From Takakia lepidozioides (lineage: Eukaryota > Plantae > Bryophyta), in contig CM060732.1 in assembly GCA_030704615.1 (NCBI GenBank), forward strand, positions 6,386,001-6,450,000: a DNA stretch of 64,000 nucleotides, read 5' to 3'. This document shows, in pieces, positions 36,477-49,700 of the stretch (position 1 is its first letter; every line of letters starts with the position of its first letter). Both the position numbers and the translations under genes were made by a program. The notes beneath the pieces are model-generated. The model did no database searches. It was not told the DNA's origin and was given only the letters and a program-made list of their open reading frames with translations.

Positions 36477-36779
36477 TCTTCTAACTATTCACGCTCGCCA
36501 AAACACTCACGCACGTCCGAGGTGTTAGAGCTGTACTTCAACTCGACAGTGACACTGACAGATACAACAAGACCCAAGTGAGAGACGGATACACGCGATA
36601 GCATGTATTCCCACTCCATAGAAACATGGAGACCGGTGATCGTCGGTAATCGCACCGGCACGTCGACTATCGCGATTTGAAAATCCCGCCTTTAATGATG
36701 CGTCATAGTCAGCAATAGACGGTCAAGATCATAAAGTACTTGAATGAATCCAATGGTTGAAAATTTGCGTTGCCAACCT

Positions 36780-38299
36780 TATGTACTTTTATGTAGGCCA
36801 CAACTACAACTTTTTGGTCCACTCTTCGTTGCAACTACCCCCTGTCTTTCGCCCCTAGGGACATCTGAGAAACATTCAACCCTTTCAATTGCCTCGTTCA
36901 AAATCTTTGGTGCCTTTTCCTCCAACTTCCGCCTAGCCCATGAGGCCAGTCCCGCCACAAAGTTGAAGACCATTTCTGGGTTCGCCATATCCGCGACTTC
37001 GAGCAATAGCACATTAAAAGCCTAAACATATCCCCGAATGTCATCCGTTTGTTTCTAGTTTATCTTGTCCCGGGCGAGCCAAAACGCGTTGAGAGGCACA
37101 AACTGTCATTTCATAAGTTCCTTAAACCAACTCCACTCAAGGTTTCTGGGTTTGGCCCTTAGTCCTACCGATTTCGGACGCCCTCGAAGGTGTCGGGTTC
37201 TTTAGGCTTCACCTTAAACTTAGCCTTAGTGGAAGTGGCATTAGCTGCCCTCATCACGTCTTTCAACGTCCCGCCAAATTGCGCCAACAACCATTTCCAA
37301 AAGGCTGTTGGCATGGGGGGCATCTGTTGGTCTGGCGGAACTTCTGGGAAGTACTTGGGCTCCGACTCCCCAAATTCCTCCCGTTCTTGAGCGGCCTCGC
37401 TTTCATAAGCATAAATTGCCTCTTCCATTTGCCGCTTCGGTGATACGTCGCCCCCACCGGGCTCACCAGGCTCATCGTCTTTCGGGCCGTTCCGCTTTCG
37501 CTTTGTCTTGCCCGACCCCATGGTGAGGCCGATCTCAAGGACGATCGCGTACTGAACTCTAAGCTCTGATACCAAGTGTCGCGCACCTCACTTCGGTAAG
37601 CTCCCCTTCAAGTCATAGTTACTACTTTGATGTGCGCGCCTAACTCCCAAACTGGCCGCCGGGCCAACTCGGAGCTTCGGCTGCTCACCGGGGCATAACG
37701 GTCCCCTCACACTCCCACTCGACCCTCGACCTGTCGGGCTCAGTGGAAATTCCCTTTGGTAGATGATAGACCGGAACAGCTCCCCACACCTTGGTCGCTT
37801 TCAAGCTCGCACGCTTACTCACTAGTTTTTGGTCACCAACGGGCTTGCACCGTTCTCCAAGTTACTGCTCCCTATATATATTTCTGTAGGTGTCCGCGGG
37901 GGTTCCACAAGTAGTACAGTCCAAATCTGGTGCACCACCACTTAGACCCTCGGTCGTCCCAGTGGTGAGCCGCGGTGAGTCTTGGCCCACCCACCACGGC
38001 CCTAATGGACCGTGGTGAGTCCCAAGACTCCCCACGACTCCCACCACAAGGCCTCAGCCCCATGGTGAGTCTTATGCCACCCCCATTACGACTCCCTACG
38101 CTACCACCACCCCTCGTGGAGTCCCCACCACCGCCACCCGGTTGCGGGGCTCTACCTAGTGAGCGCCTCCGCCTCCTTAAGTGCCTTCGGCACTCAAGGG
38201 TGCTTCAGCCCCCTTTCCTATTTGTTGCCACTGCCCCCACCACAAGGGCAGCCCCTCTTGTGTCCCGACCCCCCGCCCTCAAGGCAAAGGGCTGCGACA
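36780..38299 (-). mobile_element. Truncated Ty3/gypsy (Galadriel-like): LTR 37577-38299, tRNA-iMet PBS, partial gag
   Basis: LTR termini TGTCGC...GCGACA; PBS TGGTATCAGAGC at 37563-37574; gag KPKEPDTFEGVRN...FNFVAGLASWARRKL. Confidence 0.88.
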
Positions 38300-39249
38300 G
38301 TAATACTGGCCACTCTGCGCAGTAATAGGTCTTCTAAGTCGAGTAGGCGTCCACGGTTATAGGTGGGCAGATCCTGAAGCGTGAGCAGATTTCTGCTCAC
38401 GGAATTTTCTACGGGATCTGCTCACATAATAGAATCCCCCATTTTCTTATAGAAAGGTGGACTTCTGGCAAGCGTAAATTACGGGTGTCTCGCGAAGGCC
38501 TACTCGTCGAAGGTGGACAGACACCTTCTCTGGTTGATTAGTCTGTAGAAAGAGAAAGATAAGGGGGAAACGGAGCAAGTGAGAGAGAAAGTACTTGGTT
38601 CGGAGTCATGTTAGAAGCTCTTTTGGCCTTCACGCGACTAGATGCTGCCATCGGAGGAGAAGCGTCTGTGGACGTACTACAACCTATGTTGGATCCTACT
38701 TTTCGGTTCAGGCTGTTTTATTTGGCCCAGCCTCTTCCTGCACACCACAATCTTTCGTCATTGCTTTTGACTGACAGAGATTGTAAATGCATATGAACTC
38801 TTGTTGACAAAATTGATGACAGAAATCGTCCTCATTGTTCATGTGGGGATTTTGCCTTTACACACTGACGACATATCACTCTTCCAATTGCTCTTTTCTA
38901 CAAATCAATTAATATTTTTTATCTCCCTAGGTTGAAGGAATTTCCGCGACTTTGAAGGTTCTGCATCAATTCCTCTCTGCAATGCCTCGATCATCCAACA
39001 TTCCTGAGTATGGACAAGGAAAGGGACGTGAGAAATAATAGGTGTGGTAAAGACAGAGAGACAAGAAGCGGTTCGTGGGGGAGAAAGGGAGAGGGGCAGT
39101 CCCGTCAAAGTTTTGCTCGGACTACCTTACGTAGTCCGTAGAATTTCGGCCGTCGAGAATGGAAGTATAGAAATTTCGTCCGTTCACTCAATTTCTAGTC
39201 GCCGACGTGCGCTCAGGTGACAAAGTCAACGTACCACATACCTTCTATA

Positions 39250-39335
39250 AAGGCGACCCTGCCCCACCACAGCACCCAAGGATTTGAACCCACGGTGATC
39301 GCTGACACCTTAGTATCCAACTGAGCTACCAGTAA
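39250..39335 (-). mobile_element. tRNA-derived SINE-like remnant
   Basis: A-box GGTAGCTCAGTTGG and B-box GGTTCAAATCC at tRNA-like spacing; no intact acceptor stem. Confidence 0.6.
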
Positions 39336-39408
39336 AGTTATTAGGTGACTCCAGGTTGTCGACCATGGACCAAGTGCAGAACAGCGAACATGATACACAT
39401 AAGATGGC

Positions 39409-39418
39409 CTATATAAAG
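39409..39418 (+). promoter_or_regulatory. Candidate TATA box of the CTL gene
   Basis: CCTATATAAA followed by plausible non-coding exons (donor at ~39511; exon ~39795-39907). Confidence 0.3.
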
Positions 39419-40767
39419 AGCAGCGTTCGAAGGCGGTATGCGGGGTTTACGGTGGTAGCACGAGGCGAAGACTTCCAGAGTCTCTTGATTCATTTCACAT
39501 CGATGTGCAGGTTTTGTCTTTGTGTCACCACTGCACGCAATCTTTGTCTTCCAGAAGTGCCGTCGAGACTGCGCTCGTCTTTTATTTTTCGTTCGTTCCG
39601 TCCTTCAGCCGACAAATCGCCGTATGTGTATTTGATGATCCGCACATTAAAAGAGCTTTGCATCGTATCTCTTAGCTGTGCAGATTTATAGAAACAGCGT
39701 GTCCTGAAAATTCAGGACGGCTAAGTTGAATGCGTGCGGTTTATATTTGATAGGGCTGATAGAAATCTAGTGTAGACCTTGGATTTATGTTCAGGAATTG
39801 TTTGCATGGAGGAGGAGGGAATCAATAGTACGGACGATAAAGATTGCAAGTGGAGTAGAGGCATCTGAGCGGAGTGAGGATAGGAGCTGTAGCACGGAAG
39901 CCTTCTGGTGAGATCATATCACACGTTCTTCCGAGATGATAAACAATTTGCTGGATAGTGTGACCTAAGCCAAGGTTCAATTCGGTGCTCCCCTATTTGG
40001 GGGATGAGAGGGATACGGGAGGGCATGAGTTCAGGTAGTTGATATGCAGACTCAGTCTTCAGCAGAGCGTAGCAGCACCCCTCGTGCTCGTGATCAATGT
40101 GTCGATGACGATGCTGACCATGGCTCCATTGGTAGTGTCGACCAGGTGAGATTTTTTGAATAAGGAAGTTCAATTTGTGTGACAATGGTGGAGTCAATTC
40201 GTCCGTGCTTTACCAGAGTCTGTCAGAACTAGGCGAATTCGGCGTAGTCAATGAGAGAGTAGAGAGTGAATTTGTTTGCTTCTCACGCACTATCTCTGCA
40301 TCGTCAAGCTCAACTACTTCGGTTGCAGTCAGTTAATTTTGCGTAAATTATGGGGACGAAATCTGCCTCTCCCTGAATCGAACGCTAATAATGAAAGTCA
40401 TGGGGTTCAGGCTAAGTCCCATTTGAGAGGAGAGTGAGGGATGCAGTCAATTCCAGGATTCTCTATCAGGTTTGCAGTGACCTAGAACTAGACTACTATA
40501 ATCGCCTTCACCACTTTTGCCCATTAAATGAACAGCCAGCACACGCACTTGATACGATTGCATGGGGCACAGTTGTCCATTTTCACCGAAGGGCAAAAGA
40601 GAGTAAGAAATTGGAGATCGATAGCAGAGAAAGAGAATGCCTATCAATAAAACATGCAGCTCTGGGTTTCAGAAGTTGATTACCTGGCCCTCCTGACGTA
40701 GGATCTGAGTTCACGTCCCTCGAGTGCCAGAAAATAAGAAAGAAAACTCCTTAGAAGCAACTCCAGG

Positions 40768-43700
40768 ATGGTGGGTGAAACAGTGAGAAGCTGAATTCAC
40801 AACAATCCAGTCTCCCTCCCTTTCTTGAACAGACAGTTGCAACTACCCACACAACTACATATGGTTGCAAGACAAGAAAAAATTTGGTGGGCAATAAAGA
40901 GCACCATCCCTATGATCAACTCAAAAGTCTTCTGTTATATGATAGCTCAGAGTGAAAGAATAACTTATGCTTAAGCCAAGGATAAGCCAAGGATAAACAT
41001 GTTGTAATTTAACTCAGAGGTCATGCATCTGTCAAAGTGCCTTGTTCACACCATGCTCTCTTTTCCTTAGGAGCGGGGAAAATTGTTATTCAACTTACCA
41101 GCCTTCTTCAATGACAAAACATCTCCTTCACTCCTGCTTTGTGCGAGCTGATGCAGGTCTAGGGAGCATGCATGCTTGAAACCTTGTTGGCTTGAATCAG
41201 ATGGTTTGTTAGAGTTAGGCCCTGCATTATTGTTCATGGGCATAATTACTTGTTTTATCTTGATGCAGGAATTCCAGAGCATTGACTCTGGGGAAGGGGG
41301 CAGCACACCACCTCCACTGGGTCGGACACCAGAGCCCTCACGGAGGTGGCGTGATGTGTTCTGGTTGGTTGTGTTTGTGGTTCACTTGCTCGGCTTTGGA
41401 TTTTGTCTTGCAGTTTTGGGCATGGACAGATTTCGGTAATGACTCTACTGAATATCAACCAGATACAGATGTGTACCAGGATAAAAGGATAGGCACAAGA
41501 AAGGAGAGCATTTTTTGTAAAAGGAGTGGTAAATGTGAGTCAGCAGAAGGTTGAGATGAATCGCATTTTGATAGAGAGAATGCACTCATGCGGTTCCCTG
41601 CGAATGTTGGCTTGCCATAGCCTTATGGTCATTGACCCTGCGAGAAACTAACCCTCCGGATCCTTTTGTGGGTTTCGCACTTCACACCCGCCAGAGATTG
41701 TACTCATAAGATGTTGTTTGCCGTAGCCTTGTGGCCATTGACCCCGCGCCCAGTTTGAGCGGGAATAAAAGGGACAGAACCTACCTCTGTCAGGGGCTGA
41801 CGTTGGTAGTAAGACTTACCTCCATATAAAGAGTTAATCTGGGTTTTCCAGATATCCTCTAGAAATCCCTTCACACAAGCATCAATCTGCTGTGTGTGAT
41901 TTGCCCAAAAACTAGGCCTCAGGAGGGCCTGGGCTTTTGGCTCAGCCTCGAGACTTTCAAAGTTGGTAAACAGGGGTACAGGCACAATTCCCTTAATAGA
42001 TTTGAAGAGAGCGTCTCTTTGGTGAGAGAACCCCGGACAGTGTATCAGAAAATGAATACTGTCTTCAGATTGCCCACACAACGGGCAATTGCACTCTCCC
42101 TTTCCTCTCTGCTTCTGTTTGCTGTTCAAAGGTAGGCTTCCTGCCCTGCGTTTAAATTTCAGTCTAGTGCCGAGAGTGGGTAGACCCTTGAGGTCATCCA
42201 AGATGTCCTCCCCCATGTCACTGACTGGAAACAAGTTCAGGGAAGTTTTCTGCCTAACTTCATTTTCATCAGACAATCTCATGGCAACAGACATGGCTTT
42301 GGACACTACAGCCTCTAAGTCAGATTTATCCAAGACTTGCGGATCCAGGTCCAGGTCCTTGAGAATCTCTTCTACTCTCTTCTGCCAGGACTTAGCCTGT
42401 TTGACAGGGCGGTCCTGTTTCCAAGATATAGAGTCGATTAACTTAGGATATCTGGTGTTGGACATATGTTGCAGCTGACCCCACCATCTGACCTTGAATT
42501 CATCTCGTCGGGAGCTTAAGGACGGAATGCCAAACTCACCCCGAACAGCCACATTGGCTGTTTTGGAGCATGCTGACATACACTCCTTAAGCACCCCCAC
42601 TTGAATGGATTCTAGAGACTTAGCCTGGTTGGAGTTATCAACCCATATTGCAGATCCGTACTCCAAGGCAGGTCTAATAATGCGACAAAGCATGGTTTTC
42701 TTAACCTCAGAGTTGACCCCACTGCAGTGGAAAAATTTAGTGAGCCCCAGAGCTTTGCCCTTGCCAGTTTGAACAACTTTCCGGATATGTGCATCCCAAT
42801 TACAATTGGAGGAAAACTCAACGCCCAGGTAAGTGTAGGAAGGGAGGACCGGGATCTCTTGGCTACCCCACTGCCACTTAAGATCACTTCCTCCCTCTCC
42901 TCTGTCGTTGAATGCTACCACTGCACATTTGCTGACATTAGCCTCTAGCCCCCAAAGATCAAAGTATCTCTTCGCGCAATCAATCAACTCCTGGAGATTG
43001 GTTGGAGTCTCCCCTATGCCTGCGAAGTCATCCGCAAACATAAGGGCTGGTAAGGTGGTATCACCCACCCTTAACCCAAATCCCTCACTTTCCACATCCT
43101 CGAGGAGTTGATTGAAAACATTGAAGAGCAGAGGGGAGAGAGTACATCCTTGAGCTACACCTTGGTCTATGTCAAAGAAGTTGGACTTCTGTCCGTTAAC
43201 AGTGACACAGCTTTTGGTGTGAGCATACAAGTTGTGGACAACTCTCCACATCTTTCCCTTGATCCCACAAGACCAGAGGCGGAACCATAGGCCATCTCTC
43301 CATACTGTGTCATAAGCCTTTTTGACATCCAGGAAAAAAACATAAGTGGGTTTCCCTTCTTTTTTCCTTCCCTGGATAATCTGGCTTAGAGTGAAGATAT
43401 GATCCACACAGCCCCTGTTTCGCCGAAAGCCAGCTTGGCCTTCGTGGAAACAATCTCTAGACTCCAGATCAACCTCGAGACAAGTACTTATAACTCTGCA
43501 GAATGTCTTGCCAACAGCATTGAGGAGCGTGATGCCACGGTAGTTCCCCGGTTCTTCTCTGTCACCCTTCTTGTATAGATTGACAATGACCCCCTGTCGC
43601 CAGCGAAAGGGGATCATTTCAGTCTTCCAGATAAGGTTAAAGAGGAGAACTAGGGCCTCTATCATGGGATCGCCACCGTGCTTGATAAGCTCGTGACAAT

Positions 43701-46700
43701 ACCATCAGGTCCACCAGCTTTATATCCATTTAAATGTTCAATTGCTTCCACAATCTCAGAAGAACTAATGGGAGCGTTATAAGCCATTGAAATATACTCC
43801 AGTTCATCAGGGCTGTTTCGAATCATAGGAACAGTTTTTCCAACTGTGTCCCTCCATTCAGCAGAAGACCCCTCACTGTTAGACCTAGAAGTTCTGCCAA
43901 GGATACTGTAGTGAGTTTCAAAGGTTTTGACAATGTCAACCGATGAAGTCACCACTGCACCTTTAGTAGTCTTCAGCGCTTGTACTTGCTGACCGTTTTT
44001 CGGCTTGTACAAACGTTGAAGGGCCAACGAGAATTTCTTGTCATTACCACCATGGTGGTTTGAGTTTATTTCACTGTATAACTTGTCCCAGTATAATTTC
44101 TTCTGAGACCTAACAAGCTGATTGATATCTTTACGGAGCTGGTAGTACCTCGCCCACAATTCTCTGTTGGTTTTCAAATTGCAGCACTCTTTATAGAGGG
44201 CTCGTCTCTCAGCTATCTTGAGTTTAATCTCATTGGTCCACCAATTAACAGCTATACCGCAGACAATTAGTTTCCTCCCAATGATCTTGTCAGCCACGGA
44301 GGAAACGAAACTCTCCCAAGAGTCCACTGCTCTTTCGACTTCATTTCTTGCGTTGTCAGAGCGAGACTGAAGTTCTTGGAGCGATTGGACAAAATGGGGG
44401 AAAGCCTCTTGCAAGGCCTGGACATACTCAGCCTTGACCTCCTCATTATGGAATTTTTCTATGCGCCACTTCCGAATCGAACGTTTCACAGATCTCTTGG
44501 TGTTGGGAAAACACCTTTTGATCTCAGTCCAAACCAGGAAGTGGTCAGAGGTACCAATATCAGTTCTGTCGATCAACACATTGGCACACTGGGGAAACAA
44601 ATTTTTGTCCATTATGATATAGTCCACAATGGAACGTTCCCCAGTTTGGGATTTCTCACAAGTCCACTGCACTTGGTCACCTCTTGTCCTGTTATTCAAG
44701 GTCAAAAGCTGAAGCTCTTCCAGACAGTTAATTAACCGTCTGCCATTAGAATTCAGCTCGTCCTCACCAAAAGGCCCAATGATATCGTCCTGATGGAGCC
44801 CTTTGCCCACCCGGGCATTGAAGTCACCCAATAGCACCACCTGACCTTTGGCAAGGAACGAAGCACAGTCCAGCTTTACATCTTCGAAGGCTTTGTCTGC
44901 GTCAACACTAAGGGTCCCCTCTGTGGGCATGTATACACAACCCACAAAGAGGTCCTTTGTATTCACGCCCTTCAGATTCAGTTTTAGCCAGATACTATGC
45001 TCATACCTCAAACCCTTGTTGATAATTTCACAATTATCAAACAAGAAATCGCGGACAAAGAATCCAACCCCTTTTTGGCCGCGTTTGGCAGAGGCTGCCT
45101 TGAGAGTACACATCTTACCCGTCCACTTATACCCATTGACATCTCCAACCAATTTATCCAGAGTTTCCCATGTCTCCTGACCAGCACAAATATGAATGTT
45201 ATTGGCCTGAAGAACTTGTGCCACTTCGAGTTGTTTCCTTTGGTTAGTCAGCCCTGAGAAATTGAAAGTACCCAGCCGCAAGCCAGCCCTTTGCATATGA
45301 ACTGTTTGTCATAGCTTGTGATTGCTCCTGGACGGCCAACCGTTCTGCAAAGGGGGGACAGTTACCCCGTGTGTAGATTTTGCTAGAATTGGTAAACCAT
45401 TCAGGGTACCAAATCCTTCAGTTACACGACGCACAGGCTCCGCCCACTGGACAGATTGTCCGTCTGACTGCTTGGGGACAATTACCCCGTGTATAGATTT
45501 TGCTCGTCTTGTGTAGACTTTGAGGATTGGTAAACCATTTAGAGTACCAAATCCTTCAGTTACACGACGTTCAGGCTCTGCACACTTAGGGACAGATTGT
45601 CCATCTGACGGCTTGGGGACAATTACCCCATGTATAGAATTTGCTCGTCTTGTGTAAACCTTGAGGATTGGTAAACAGTTCAGAGTACCAAATCCTTCAG
45701 GTTCAGGACGTTCAGGTTCCGTACACTTAGGGGCATCTTGTCCTTCTGGCTGTTTGGATTCAACCTCATCCAGAGCATCAAACCGATTAGAAACTCTCAA
45801 GTTGAAGTCCTTGCCCTTGGTTGTCTTCCTAGAGCGCCCCATTGAATCACCAATGTCTAAGACCGCTCTCCAGCCAGTCAAGGGACAAACTTCTTTGAGA
45901 TTGAATTGATGTGGGACTCTATTAGAAGCACTTTTGGTCATTGCAACCTTCAACGTACCCCTGTTATCAAGTCTCGAGATGGAACCATTAGCCATGAAAT
46001 CCAAGCCTAAGCTAGAGCATGTAGTTTTAAAGGACACATCGTCCATCCTGGGATTCACCCCAAAAACTACACATGAAGCCCTAGATTTGGCATAAGTAAC
46101 CAATTCCCAGGAATCACCTTGAGGAGTGTTGATGTTGATAGGAGCTAAAATTTTGATTGTTGTCGCAGGCTATAAGTTTAAGCACAGGAACCAACCCGAG
46201 CCCAAGTGCCAAGTATGCTAGACAGAGCATACGACTGCCCAATTTGGGCAGAGGGGCTGCCCCCAAGCGGTAGGGGTCCGCTTGTTACCATTCAGAGATC
46301 ACACTCCAGGGAGTTGCAGGGAATGGCCCGTGTAGGCATATTCTAAAGAGGGAAAGGCCCCAAGCTTTCCAACTAAATCCAATGCACTACCTTACCTGGA
46401 GCAAAGCGCTTCAGGTCGAAACAAACAAGGACACGAGGTCACAAGGCCGGCATTTAGTCACAGAGACATTAGTGTACTCCCGTATCAAGTCCACCCAGTG
46501 GCAATAGGCTTCCTAGAGGACAGGGAGAGAGAGAGAATGCAGACGTTGTTTGCTGTAGCCTGTGGCCATAGACCCCATGCCGAGTTTGGGCAGAACGACA
46601 GGGAATGGACACTACCTTTGTGAGGGGCTCACTCCAGTAGTGGGACTTACCTTGGTATAAACAATTCTTCCGGGCTTTCCAGATTTCCTCTGGAAGTCCC

Positions 46701-49700
46701 TTCACACATGCATCAATCTGCTGTGTGTGAGCTGCCCAGCAATTAGACCCCAACAGGGCCAGGGCTTTAGGCTCAGCCTCCAGATTTTGAAAGTTGGTGA
46801 ATAGGTGCCGGGACTATGTTCTTGATGGTCCTGAAGAGGGTCACTCTCCGATGAGAATACCCCGGACATTGTATCAGAAAATGGATATTGTCTTCAGGCC
46901 ACCCGCACATCGTGCATTGACAATCTCCCTTTTCTCTCTGCATCTGTTTATTGTTCAATGGTAGACTCCATGCCCTGAGTTAAAATTTCAGTCTAGTACC
47001 AAGGATAGGTAGGCCCTTCAGATCCTCCTTAGGTGCTCGCCCATGTCACAAACTGGAAACTAGTTTTATGCCTAACTTTGTTTTGTTTGAACATTCTTCG
47101 TGCCTCCAACATGGCCTTAGACACTTCAGCCTCCAAGTCAGCTTCATCTAGCAGAGTCAGTTCTTCCTGCCAAATATTCAGGTACTTCAAATCTCCTCTT
47201 CCTTTTCCCGTCAGGACTTAGCCTGTTTAACAGGACGGTCTTGCTTCCAAGAAATAGAGTCGATCATCTTAGGGTATCTGGTATTAGGCATGCGAGTCAG
47301 GTACTTGAAAATCTCCTATACCTTTTCTCGTCAGGACTTGGCCTGTTTAACAGGACGGTCTTGCTTCCAAGAAATAGAGTCACACCTCTCAGGGTATCTG
47401 GTATTAGGCATGCAATTAAACTGACCCCACCATCTGACCTTGAACTCATCACGTCAAGAGCTCAAGGGTGGTACGCCAAACTTACCCTGAACAGCCACGT
47501 TAGCAGTTCTAGAGCACCGAAAGTTGAATGGATTCTAAAGTTTTAGCATGGTTGGAGTTGCCATCCCAGACAGCAGATGTGTACGCCAAGGTAGGCCTAA
47601 TAACGTTGCAAAGCATGGTCCTTTTAACTTCAGTATTAATCCCTCTGCAGTTGAAAACTTGAGTGAGACCCAAAGCTTTGCGTTTAGCTGTTTGAACCAC
47701 TTTTTGTATATTTGCAACTCGAGGAAAACTCAACACCAAGATATGCACTGTTTGCACGATTAATCAACTCCTGAAGATTGGATGGGATATGCCCTAGGCC
47801 CGCAAAGTCATCAGCCATCTGCAAGGAGCTGATTAATGAAAACATTGAAGAGCAGTGGGGAGAGGGTACAAGCTTGAGCTACACCTTGGTCAATGTCAAA
47901 GAAATTAGATTTCTGGCCACTCACCATAACACAACTTTTGGTGTTCGCATACAGGTTGTGAACCATCCTCCGCATCTTTCCACTAACCCAGAAGACCACA
48001 GACGAACCACAGCCTGTTGCACCATACAAGCCTTTTTGACATCCAGGAAGACAAAGGTGGGTTTTCCTTCCTTTTTCCTTCCCTCAATAGTCTGGCTTAG
48101 GGTAAAGATATGGCCAACGCAGCCCCTTTTTCTCCCGAAGCCCGACCTTCATGGGAAACACTTCTTGTCTCCAAATCAATTTTCAATTTTCTTATTATCC
48201 TACAAATCAGCATGCCAACTTTGCAGAGAGTGTAATGCCAAGGTAGTTCCCAGGCTCTTTCTGTGTTTCCATTCTTATACAAATTGACAATGACACCCTC
48301 TCTCCAGCGAAAGAGTATCATTGCTGTCTTCCAAATAAAAGAGGAGGGCAAGGGCCTCTACCATAGGATTGCCACCATGCTTAATTAGCTCATTGACAAT
48401 GCCATCATACCACTGGCTTTATAGCCCTTTAGATGTCCTATTGCTTCAGCAATCTCAGCAGACCGTTGTATCCCTTTGTGATATACTCCAATTCATCAGG
48501 GCTGTCTTGGATCATAGAAACAGTGCTTTCTACTGTTTCCTTCCTTTCTTTGAAACCCCTCACTATTAGAGTTGGATTCACTGCCAAGAGTGTTGTAGTG
48601 TGTTTCAAAAGTTTTCACAATCTCAACCATAGAAGTCACCACTGTTATTCCTTAAAGCATGTACTTGCGGACCATTTTTCAGCCTGTACAAACACTGTAA
48701 GGCTAACCAGAATCTTTAATCATTACCATTGTGGTGGTTCAAGCTAATGTCATGGTGCAACTCTTCCCAATACATCTTTGATATTAGAGCAGTCCCTGTA
48801 AAGTGCCGGTCACTTGGTGATCTTAAGCTTGATCTCATTGGTCCACCACATCACTGCTCTTCCACATACAAGTAGTTTCCTTAGAGCCTCTTTCAAGGCC
48901 TGGACATCTTCTATCTTGACCTCCTCCCTCCAGAAATTTCCTTTGCACCTAGTTTGGGCTTTTTTGCAAGTCCTCTGCAGAGTCTTCTTTTGACCTATTA
49001 AGCTTTTCCAGGCAATTGATAAGCTGCTTGCCGTGAAATTATGCTCATCCTCCCCAAAAAGCCCAATGATGTCGTCCTGTTGTAGACCATTGTCCACCTG
49101 GGCATTGAAGTCTCCCAACAAGACCATTTGGCCTTTGGTGCACAATTGAGCTTACTTCCTGGAAGGCGTTATTACTGTCCACACTAAGGGCTCCCTCTGT
49201 AGACATGTAGACACATCCCACAATGAGGTCCTCAGCCACCACGCCGCCCTTCAGATTCAGTCTCAAGGTCAAAAGCTGAAGCTCTTCCAGGCAATTGACA
49301 AGCCGCTTGCCGTTGGAATTATGCTCATCCTCGTGAAAAAGCCCAATGACGTCGTCCTGTTGTAGACCCTTGCCCACCCCGGCATTAAAGTCTCTTAACA
49401 TAGACCATGTGGCCTTTGGCGAGGAACAATCAAGCTTAAGTTCCTTGGAGGCTTTATCAGTGTCCACACTTCCTCTGTAGGCATGTAGACACGTCCCACA
49501 GCCATCACGCCGCCCTTCAGTTTCAGTCTCACCCAAATACTGTGTTTGTACTGAAAGTTCCTTGTTGATGATTTCACAATTATCACACAGTAAAGCATGG
49601 ACAAAGAACCCCTCTCCTTTTTTACCATGCTTGCAGAGGCCATCTCGAGGGCACACATCGTACATCAGCTTGAAGAACTTGTCCCACTTCAAATTGTTTC

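Noticed and set aside
39270-39335. Functional tRNA gene (also 1429-1490 and 63430-63495)
   Set aside because: No complete cloverleaf or acceptor stem; better explained as SINE heads.
46225-46400. U1 snRNA-like snippets (AATTTGGGCAGAGGGG; CTTACCTGG; CGGGGTCAATGG at the LINE 3' end)
   Set aside because: Short, in the wrong order and on inconsistent strands; likely chance.
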